Of a DNA stretch of 64,000 bases, positions 37,644-45,886 are shown piece after piece. Origin of the DNA: an uncultured delta proteobacterium (GTDB taxonomy: Bacteria > Desulfobacterota > Desulfobacteria > Desulfobacterales > Desulfosalsimonadaceae); NCBI GenBank assembly GCA_963826785.1, contig CAWGYD010000001.1:512001-576000 (forward strand), read 5' to 3'. The notes under the pieces were generated by a model that had not been told where the DNA came from, made no database searches, and saw nothing but the letters and a program-made list of their open reading frames with translations. A program made the translations under genes and the position numbers. How positions within the stretch are numbered: position 1 is the first letter of the stretch; every line of letters begins with the position of its first letter.

Positions 37644-38717
37644 TCATCCGATGTGCGGGTAAATCAATTCCCCCTGGATGCGCAGAAGCCTTTGCGGCAT
37701 GTATCTGTTGATGGATTCAAGGATCCTGCGCCGGGTCCCCTTTTGGGCATTCAAATGCTTCGGCGGCAGGTAATAATAAGAAAGAGGGATGCGTGCGGCG
37801 TTCCATCTCTCTTTGAACTCGATCAGTGAAAGATTGTCCAGTGAGGATCTACCGAAATCGAAAAAAAGAGCGCCTTCTTCCTGCGCAAGCTTGATCGACT
37901 CCCATATGAGCAGCTGATTGGGTGAAAGTTTCAAAAACAGCTGATCGGAAGCACTGTATTCGAAATAGAAGGTGTCTTTGAATTTCAGCAGGATGGCGGC
38001 AGCGACGACTCTGTTCCGATACTCGATCAGGGGAAGATAGATCAGGCCTTCTTTTTCCAGGTACCGCCACAGGTTCAGAAAAAAGGAAAGCGGCGCCGGC
38101 GGCAGTCCGTGTTTTTTCCGGGTGGCGATTTCAAGATGGTAGAAGTCCAAGATATCTTTTTCGCCATGGCCCAGTCGAAAGGTCAGCCCTTCCCGCCTGG
38201 CGCGCCGGATGCGCTGCTGTATGCTGGTGCTGTGAAAGGACTGGAACAGCTGATCTGAGGGAAGGCCGATATCGAGGATATGGGTCACAAAATCACTCAG
38301 CTGCGAACCGCTAATGTAATCAGGCGATCGGTCCTGCCTGGATTTCAATTCGAGATAATCGATGCGGGGGTACCGGCTCGAAATGAAGGAGAGGAAACAG
38401 GCAAGCTTTTCATTTTTGATCAGCGGATCACAATAGCCGGCAAACGGAAGCGAGCTGAGGCGGGTCCCGGTCAGCCGGCTTTTCACCATCATCATCGGAA
38501 GACCGCCCATGATTTCGCCGGTCGAGGCGTTTTCCATGGACACGTAAACCGGGGTATAGCCGTATGTGGCCCTTAAAATTTTCGCCCATGCCGAGTGATG
38601 ATAAACAGATGCGTTCGGCTGGGAGGAAATGAAATTTCCCCAGACGGCATCATCATCAACATCATCGAGGTTAAGAATTCTAAAACGGGTGCCGAGTTCG
38701 AGTTCGGCTTTCATCAT
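37644..38717 (-). CDS. FemAB-like GNAT acyltransferase
   Basis: YH...W, SLPF..Y, IRRARREG, PN.LLIWE.I..A and FDFGRS...FKERW. Confidence 0.82.
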   Translation of the reverse strand: MMKAELELGTRFRILNLDDVDDDAVWGNFISSQPNASVYHHSAWAKILRATYGYTPVYVSMENASTGEIMGGLPMMMVKSRLTGTRLSSLPFAGYCDPLIKNEKLACFLSFISSRYPRIDYLELKSRQDRSPDYISGSQLSDFVTHILDIGLPSDQLFQSFHSTSIQQRIRRARREGLTFRLGHGEKDILDFYHLEIATRKKHGLPPAPLSFFLNLWRYLEKEGLIYLPLIEYRNRVVAAAILLKFKDTFYFEYSASDQLFLKLSPNQLLIWESIKLAQEEGALFFDFGRSSLDNLSLIEFKERWNAARIPLSYYYLPPKHLNAQKGTRRRILESINRYMPQRLLRIQGELIYPHIG

Positions 38718-38820
38718 GGATCACCCAGCATAATTCATTGAAATTCCTAAATTCAGCCCCCGATGAGATTATAAAAGTCGGTATGATAGCGGCCCGCCGG
38801 ATCATGCTGCAGCCTAAGCT

Positions 38821-38956
38821 TTGATGAAGCCGTAAAAAGTCGGATTTTACGCTTTCGTCATTCCGGCGGAGGCCGGAATCTACTACAAACTAAGTTGGTT
38901 ATAGACTCCGGTTTTCACCGGAGTGACGAACTTTGGACTTTTTGCGGCTTCATCAA
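38821..38956. mobile_element. 136-bp MITE-like element with an internal REP pair
   Basis: 21-bp TIRs TTGATGAAGCCG(T/C)AAAAAGTC (20/21), GCT on both flanks; internal inverted GTCA(T/C)TCCGG...CCGGA(A/G)TCTA arms. Confidence 0.75.
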
Positions 38957-39122
38957 GCTCCGGATCAGTTGTCGAATCGTATTACAGGGGTGATCTGGTG
39001 AAAATAGGGTTTAACCCTTATTTGCCGGAAGAATACCATGTAAACGGGATGACGCCGGCTACGGGAGGCGGATGGAGTGGATGCCCTTTTCGGGCTGGGG
39101 GATCTGCGGCCGGCCGCCTGCC

Positions 39123-40860
39123 TCAGGAAAGCTGCCGGCCGGTGAGTTCCTTGAAGATCAGCTCTGCGGTAAAGATGCCGCCGGCAATACCCGGGCTGTT
39201 TTTGGTGGCCGACACGTTGAACAGGTTGGCGGGGCAGTCCGGCTCCCGGATAGGGCCTTTGAGGATTTCATCCACGGTCAGCCGCCGTCCGTAGGCGTTT
39301 CCCATCTCTCCGCCGGTATCAATTTCAATGTCGATGGAAGAGACCACGTGGGCAAACGCCACCCGGCCGGCGATGCCGGGAAAAACGTTTTGATCCAGGA
39401 TGGCGATGATATCGGCGGCAAGCTTTTCTTTAAAGGCCGCCACCGCCTCCGGGCCGTCCTCATGGATGCGTTTTTCCTGGTGATAATTTCCCGGGCAGAA
39501 GATCACCAGGGCATCATCGGTGCATCCGGATGACCCGCCGAACCCGTTGGCGGTGGGCGAACCGATAAAGAGCATCTGCGGCGGGGCGGTGATGTCGGGG
39601 TATTGATAATTCACCTCCAGGCCGTCTTGCCACCAGTAATTGCGGCCTTTCATTTCCGAAATGGCGTCAAGTCCGCCCCGGATGCCGATGCAGCAGGTGG
39701 GAATGCTGTGGGAAGGCGTATAATCAAAATGCCCGGTGTCCCGGCCCAGAAGCGTGCAGGTCAGCCGGGGGGAGATATCGCTGAAGACCACGTCGCAGGC
39801 ATAATCGGACCCGTCTTGGCATACGGCCCGGACCACCAGGTCGTTCTCGACTTCCATCCGGACCACCCGTTTACCGGTCAGAACCGCGCCGCCCGCATTT
39901 TCGATGACCGATGCCAGTGATTTGAAAAAATGAGCAAACCCGTTTTTCGGGTACCAGGCCCCCTCATGATAGTTGCCGGTGCCCACGATGTAGGCGATGG
40001 CCGACATGGTCGATTCGTTTTCCGCAAAAATTCCGCCGTGTCCGTACAGGATGCGCCGAAGAAGGGGGCTGATCCGGTACTGATCGAAGAATTCCCTGAC
40101 CGACATGGAGATGATTTTCCCCAGCTTCACCTTCATGGCCAGATGCACTTTGCCGGTCAGCAGAAATTTGGTGGCCAGCAGAAACCGGCCTTCGGTGGCG
40201 GAATCTTTCCGGAAAAAGGATTTATAGGTGTCAAAAACCGCCATCATGTCATCGAATAACGCATCTATCCCTTCGGCTTCTTCCGGAAACAGGACGCTGA
40301 GTTCCCGGTGAAAGTTTTGTAAGGCCCAGCGGCACCTTGAAATCGATAAAGCAGTAATTGCAGGCCGCGTTTTGGTTTCCGATAAAAATCCGTTCAAACC
40401 CGTCAGGGGTCATGGGCGTAAACGGATCGGATGTCTTTAAATCCAGAAAATCCAGGAACCGGTCGCCCAGCCGGCCTTCCCCGAATTCCCAGACATACTG
40501 GGGCCCCATGGAGTAGCTCATCCCGCCGAAGGTCAGGCAGCGGCCATGGCCGCCGATGCAATCGGGGTTTGCTTCCAGTACGGTGACCGCATGCCCGGTT
40601 TTTGCAAAAAGCGCCCCCGAAGCCATTCCGCCGATCCCACTGCCGATGACCACGATTTTTTTCGGTTCGCCGCTGTTCCAGAAGGGCTGCTCCTTTGCCC
40701 GAAAAAACGGAATGGACAGCTGGTCTGCAATTTCCTTGAGCCGGTGCTCTGATTTCTGCTTTGAAAATTCGATAATGTCGGAAAGTTTCATAAAGAGGCT
40801 TTTATCTGGTAAAAGAAACGGTTTCGCGTAATCTGCAGCAGAATAATCCTGTTTAATCAA
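39123..40860 (-). pseudogene. phytoene desaturase (CrtI)-like FAD oxidoreductase, split by a frameshift near 40320; start uncertain
   Basis: VVIGSGIGG...VTVLE...IGG Rossmann motif in 40249..40860; WYPKNG, L...IE..GG, GNAYG and NLFNV..T..PG in 39123..40397; junction KVPLGL / QNFHREL. Confidence 0.7.
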
Positions 40861-41032
40861 AAATTCAAATCATTGTCTGCCGATCTTACCTTCCGGCCGG
40901 CAACTGTGAAGCGCGGATCAGGCAACGGATAATCATTGATTTATCCGTGATTGTTGCATATGCAAAAAAGAAACATTTCTTTCTGCATGCATTGGTCGAA
41001 AGTATTCTAAATTTTGATGATCGGAGTCCGTC

Positions 41033-41935
41033 ATGCTGCATTTTCTGCCCCCGCCCGTGCGCGGGGCCGTTGCCATATCATTGTATATCGTCAATACCAT
41101 CTGCTGTTTTACCCTGATGACCCCATTTATTTTTCTCAAAGTCATCATTCCTCATGCAGCCACCCGGAATCGGCTGACCATCGTGCTGATGAAACTGGGA
41201 ATGGGTTGGGTCAGCATCAACAGCCTGATCATGCGGCTGACCCAGAACATTAAATGGGATGTGAAGGGCATCGAGGGGTTCAGCACCCGGGAGTCCTATC
41301 TGGTGTTCAGCAACCATCAGTCCTGGGCCGACATCCTGGTCCTGCAGCACCTGTTCAAATACCGCATTCCGTTTCTGAAATTTTTCCTCAAAAGGGAGCT
41401 GATCAAGGTGCCCCTGCTGGGGGTGGCCTGGTGGGCGCTTGATTTTCCCTTCATGAAGCGCTACTCCCGCGACTTTCTGGAAAAGCACCCGGAACTCAAG
41501 GGCAAGGACATCGAAACGACCCGCAAATACTGCGAGAAATTCAAGACCTCGCCGATTTCGGTGATCAATTTTTTAGAGGGGACCCGGTTTGAGCCGGCCA
41601 AGCATGACAAACAGGGGTCGCCTTTTTCCCACTTGCTGCTGCCCAGGGCGGGCGGGGTGGCCATCGTGCTTTCCAGCATGGGCGCCTGCCTGTCCGGAAT
41701 CATCGATGTAACCATCGCATATCCGCAGAATCAGCCGCCGATTTCATTCTGGCATTTTCTGAAAGGCAAGGTGCCTGCCATCGTGGTCCGGGTGAAAACA
41801 TATCCCGTTCCCCCTGAATTTATCGGCCGGAGTTATGAAGAAGACGAACACTTCAAGACGGCCTTCCAGAAGTGGATCAATCAGGTCTGGGAGGAAAAAG
41901 ACCGGCAGATCGATCAACTGTTGAGGGCGGCATAA
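41033..41935 (+). CDS. acyltransferase (PlsC superfamily, YihG-like)
   Basis: SNHQSWADI, FFLKREL..VP.LG..WWALDFPFMKR, FLEGTRF and LLLPRAGG. Confidence 0.9.
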   Translation: MLHFLPPPVRGAVAISLYIVNTICCFTLMTPFIFLKVIIPHAATRNRLTIVLMKLGMGWVSINSLIMRLTQNIKWDVKGIEGFSTRESYLVFSNHQSWADILVLQHLFKYRIPFLKFFLKRELIKVPLLGVAWWALDFPFMKRYSRDFLEKHPELKGKDIETTRKYCEKFKTSPISVINFLEGTRFEPAKHDKQGSPFSHLLLPRAGGVAIVLSSMGACLSGIIDVTIAYPQNQPPISFWHFLKGKVPAIVVRVKTYPVPPEFIGRSYEEDEHFKTAFQKWINQVWEEKDRQIDQLLRAA

Positions 41936-41941
41936 GTTTTC

Positions 41942-43297
41942 ATGAACATGCGCATTGCCATCGTGGATGACGAACACCCGGTATGCCGGGAACTTGAACG
42001 CGCCCTTTCCGCCCAGGGTTTTGACACCGAGAGTTTTCAGGCGGCAAAACCCTTCCTGGATCGCATGGCGCAATTTCCATTCCATATTGTTTTTCTGGAC
42101 TTGAAGCTTCCGGATGCGGATGGGATCGAGATTTTAACGAAGATCAAACGGGCCGGCGAAGAGACCGAGGTCATCATCATCACCGGTCACGGCACCATCG
42201 AATCGGCGGTGGATGCCATGAAGAAGGGCGCTTACCACTATATCACCAAGCCGTTTCGCCTCCATGACGTCCGATCGCTGGCCGGAAGCGCCAAAGAAAA
42301 AATCGAACTGGTCAACGAAAACAAAAATCTGCGCGCGGAACTGGCCGGGGGCGACTTTATTTCCGGGTTTATCGGCGCCAGCCCCCCCATGCAGACCGCT
42401 TTTGCCATGATGAAAAAAGTGGCGGCAGTGGACTGCAATGTGCTGCTCCAGGCGGAAACCGGTACCGGCAAGGAAATGGCCGCACGGGCCATCCATAGCT
42501 TAAGCCCCAGAAAAGACGAGCCTTTCGTATCCTTCAACTGCGGCGGATTTACCGAGGACCTGATCTGCAGCGAACTGTTCGGCCACGAAAAAGGGGCATT
42601 CACCGGGGCGGCGGCCACCAAGATCGGATTGCTGGAATCCGCGGACGGCGGGTCGGTGTTTTTGGATGAAATCGGAGAAATGCCGCCGGCAATGCAGGTG
42701 CGGCTGCTGCATGTGATCCAGGAAAAGCGGATCATGCGGGTGGGCGGCACGCGCCCCATCGATCTTCATGTCCGCATCATCGCGGCCACCAACAAGGACT
42801 TGAAAAAAGCGGTGGAAAACGGGGAATTCCGGGAGGATCTGTTCTACCGTCTCAACGTGGTGTCCATTCCGCTTCCCAAACTGTCTGAAAGGCGGGACGA
42901 CATCCCGCTGCTGATTTCCCATTTCATCAAGAAATTCGACCGCGCCTTCGGCAAGAAGATCCGCGGCATTTCGCCCCCGGCCATGACCATTCTCATGGGG
43001 TACAATTTTCCCGGAAACGTTCGTGAACTGGAGAACATCATTCAACGGGCCGTGGCCCTGGCAGAAGGGGAGGTCATTGCCGTGACCGATCTGCCCGCCG
43101 ACCTCCAGGAACTCGAATTCTCCACGCTGGAGGGAGAAGGTCTGCTGTCCCTGGCGGAGATGGAGAAGCGGCATATCGAGCGGGTCCTGAAGATGACCGC
43201 ATACAACACCAGTCTGACCAGCAACATCCTCAACATCCCCCGCACCACCCTGTGGCGAAGGATGAAAAGGTTCGGTCTGATGAGAAATGAAGACTGA
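41942..43297 (+). CDS. sigma54-dependent response regulator (REC-AAA+-HTH)
   Basis: IVDDE/DLKLP receiver, ETGTGKE, ELFGHEKGAFTGA, FLDEIGE, FREDLFYRLNV, FPGNVREL and Fis HTH. Confidence 0.95.
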   Translation: MNMRIAIVDDEHPVCRELERALSAQGFDTESFQAAKPFLDRMAQFPFHIVFLDLKLPDADGIEILTKIKRAGEETEVIIITGHGTIESAVDAMKKGAYHYITKPFRLHDVRSLAGSAKEKIELVNENKNLRAELAGGDFISGFIGASPPMQTAFAMMKKVAAVDCNVLLQAETGTGKEMAARAIHSLSPRKDEPFVSFNCGGFTEDLICSELFGHEKGAFTGAAATKIGLLESADGGSVFLDEIGEMPPAMQVRLLHVIQEKRIMRVGGTRPIDLHVRIIAATNKDLKKAVENGEFREDLFYRLNVVSIPLPKLSERRDDIPLLISHFIKKFDRAFGKKIRGISPPAMTILMGYNFPGNVRELENIIQRAVALAEGEVIAVTDLPADLQELEFSTLEGEGLLSLAEMEKRHIERVLKMTAYNTSLTSNILNIPRTTLWRRMKRFGLMRNED

Positions 43298-43323
43298 AGG
43301 CGACAGGATGGATTTCAGCCTTT

Positions 43324-43541
43324 TTCCAAAATGAAACACCCCTATTTAATGTATAAGCCATTTTTTTAATTCATTTTATCGTCTTTATCATCATTTGAAG
43401 CCTTTCTTGGGTTTCAAAATGAAACACTCCCCGGGGTTTTGCCGCTTCTTCCCATTCCTTGATGCCCCTCGTTCCGTCGATTTTGCAGGCGCCTCTTAAC
43501 TCGCGCACCGCTTCCGTGATCCAACAATTTCAAAATGAAAC
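43324..43541. promoter_or_regulatory. three candidate enhancer (UAS) palindromes TTTCA-AAA-TGAAAC
   Basis: Copies at about 43324, 43411 and 43528, upstream of the sigma54 promoter. Confidence 0.6.
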
Positions 43542-43705
43542 CAACAGCAGCGCAAAACCCGCCCAACGCCTGATTTTCGTGCCATTGTGGCCCGGTTTTC
43601 GTGCATGCCATAAATATCTGTCCGTCTCATAATTTCTTACATATGAATGGCTTATCAATCTTTTGCAGGGAAAGCCGCCTCCTAATCGAACCCCGGGTCC
43701 GGATA

Positions 43706-43721
43706 TGGCACTGGTATTGCT
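43706..43721 (+). promoter_or_regulatory. sigma54 (-24/-12) promoter
   Basis: TGGCAC-TGGTA-TTGCT with exact GG-N10-GC spacing, about 35 bp before the USP start. Confidence 0.8.
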
Positions 43722-43756
43722 ATCTTGAAAGTGAACGCAGGGGGTTTCGGTGGATT

Positions 43757-44164
43757 ATGGAAAAAATTCTGGTGGCGATGGATACGAATATGACCAGCTT
43801 ATGGTCGTTCGTTTATGCCCTGAACCTGGCCAAACGGATGCAGGTCAAGATTTCGATTCTGCTGGTCAGCGATCCGTCGGTTTCTGAAAACGGCCCGAAA
43901 AAGAAAGGAAAAAATGCCTTTTCGATCAAAACCGAAATTGAAAAGCGCATTGCGGAGGGGCGTTCGGATGGCATTTACATCGATTATTATCATACCTGCG
44001 GATCGTACAAGGACGAAATCATACGCTTTATCCAGGAAAACAAGATCGATCTTCTGGTGATCGAGAGGCATATCACAGACAACATGTCTGAATTCATAGA
44101 AGAAATTAAGTTACGGACATACTGCCGGATCGAACTGGTCCAGCCAAAAGTTATCCATCCATAA
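43757..44164 (+). CDS. universal stress protein (USP)-like
   Basis: MEKILVAMD...YALNLAK...G...EI.RF..EN.IDLLVI. Confidence 0.7.
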   Translation: MEKILVAMDTNMTSLWSFVYALNLAKRMQVKISILLVSDPSVSENGPKKKGKNAFSIKTEIEKRIAEGRSDGIYIDYYHTCGSYKDEIIRFIQENKIDLLVIERHITDNMSEFIEEIKLRTYCRIELVQPKVIHP

Positions 44165-44179
44165 CGTCAGGAGCAAAAC

Positions 44180-45106
44180 ATGTGGCATCTGTATTTGCCG
44201 ATCGCAGGAAACAGCGTGAATGTCGTACTCATTTTTACCATTGGCGGATTCGTGGGGTTGCTGTCCGGGATTTTCGGGGTGGGGGGCGGATTTCTGCTCA
44301 CGCCCCTGCTGATCATGCTGGGCATCCCCCCCACCGTGGCCGCCGCCTCCGACTCCAACCAGATCGTCGGGGCCTCCACATCCGGCACCCTGGCCCATTT
44401 CCGCCTGGGAAACGTCGACTTCAAGATGGGCATTCTCCTGCTCATCGGCGGGGTGGTCGGCGGCACGGCGGGTGTCCAGATCATCAAGGTTCTGCGCGCC
44501 CTGGGGAGCGCCGACTTTCTGATCACCATCACCTATGTGCTGATGCTGGGTTTCGTGGGCGGCTACATGTTCATCGAAAGTTTCCAGGGCCTTAAAAAGA
44601 AAGCGCCGGAAACCGCGCCCCCCCCCGTTCGAAAGGATTCCAGCTATGCCCGGTTGATGAAAAAGCTGCCCTGGCAGACATCCTTTGAAAAATCGGGGGT
44701 GGAACTGTCGCTTCTTCTGCCCCTGATACTGGGGACATTCGTGGGAATCCTGGCGGCCATCATGGGCGTGGGCGGCGGATTCATCATGGTCCCGGTCATG
44801 GTCTACCTGCTGCGGATGCCCATGCATGTGGTGGTGGGGACCAGCCTGTTTCAGATTCTGTTCACCTGCATCAATGTCACCATCATGCAGGCGTCCACCA
44901 ATCATACGGTCGATTTCATCCTGGCGCTGATCCTTTTGCTCGGCTCCACCATCGGCGTGCAGTTCGGCGCAAAGATCAGCAAGCGCCTGGGGGGGGATCA
45001 GCTCAAGATTCTTCTGGCCATTCTGGTCCTCATCGTAATGGTAAAAATGCTGCTGAGTCTTTTGCTTACTCCCGAAATCATGCTATCGTATAAAGGAGGC
45101 CACTAA
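44180..45106 (+). CDS. TauE/SafE (TSUP) family permease
   Basis: MWHLYLPIA, G.LSG.FGVGGGFL.TP, GILAAIMGVGGGFI.VP and VVGTSLFQ. Confidence 0.92.
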   Translation: MWHLYLPIAGNSVNVVLIFTIGGFVGLLSGIFGVGGGFLLTPLLIMLGIPPTVAAASDSNQIVGASTSGTLAHFRLGNVDFKMGILLLIGGVVGGTAGVQIIKVLRALGSADFLITITYVLMLGFVGGYMFIESFQGLKKKAPETAPPPVRKDSSYARLMKKLPWQTSFEKSGVELSLLLPLILGTFVGILAAIMGVGGGFIMVPVMVYLLRMPMHVVVGTSLFQILFTCINVTIMQASTNHTVDFILALILLLGSTIGVQFGAKISKRLGGDQLKILLAILVLIVMVKMLLSLLLTPEIMLSYKGGH

Positions 45107-45107
45107 C

Positions 45108-45869
45108 GTGTTTAAACGGATCATTATCTGCTTTTTTCTGGCTGCCGGTTATCTTTTCGTCCAGTCCGGCATATCCGCTGCCGTCGCTCCTTGTGATGTT
45201 CAGCTGGAACCCAACCTCGTGACCGTGGGGGCGACCTATAACGGTGCAAAAGTCGGCGTCACCGGGACGATTTCCGATGATGCGCAAGTGGTCATCGAGG
45301 TGGAGGGGGCAACGGCGGAAACCACGCTGCTGAAAAAAGAGCATGTTTTCGGGCTGCTCTGGATGAACAGCGGCACCGTCACACTGGAAGGATTGCCCAA
45401 GGTGTACATGCTCTACCTGCCCGATGACATGGCCGCCTCGAAAAGTGATCTTGGGATCGGCCTTGCGGCATTGAAAAGTCGGGCAACGGTCTTGCCCGAT
45501 GACGGCACGGCGGCGCAGAAGCTGGACGAGTTTTTCAAACTCAAAAAAAAGGAAGGCCTGTATGCCATCCATGAGGATGCCATCGCGTATGGCACTAAAG
45601 ACGGCATCAGGACCTTTTCCTGCGAACTGAAGGTTCCGGCGGCCATGCACCAGGGCATTTATACGGTAAAGACCTCGGTGCTGCAAAACGGACAGGTGAT
45701 CGAGACCGTTTCAAGTCCGCTCAAAGTGGAAGAAGTCGGTCTGCCGGCACTGATCCGTTCCCTTGCATTCAACCATGCGCTCCTCTACGGCATCATGGCG
45801 ACGCTGGTGGCTGTTTTTGCGGGATTGCTGATGGGGTATATTTTTCAGGGTGAAAAGGGCGCCCATTAA
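45108..45869 (+). CDS. TIGR02186-family membrane protein (usual TauE partner)
   Basis: Signal/TM leader, Y.GA...V.G, KK..V.GLLW.N, P..Y and a C-terminal TM (A..HALLYG...LVA..AG). Confidence 0.75.
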   Translation: MFKRIIICFFLAAGYLFVQSGISAAVAPCDVQLEPNLVTVGATYNGAKVGVTGTISDDAQVVIEVEGATAETTLLKKEHVFGLLWMNSGTVTLEGLPKVYMLYLPDDMAASKSDLGIGLAALKSRATVLPDDGTAAQKLDEFFKLKKKEGLYAIHEDAIAYGTKDGIRTFSCELKVPAAMHQGIYTVKTSVLQNGQVIETVSSPLKVEEVGLPALIRSLAFNHALLYGIMATLVAVFAGLLMGYIFQGEKGAH

Positions 45870-45886
45870 ACCAATCGAAAACGCAT

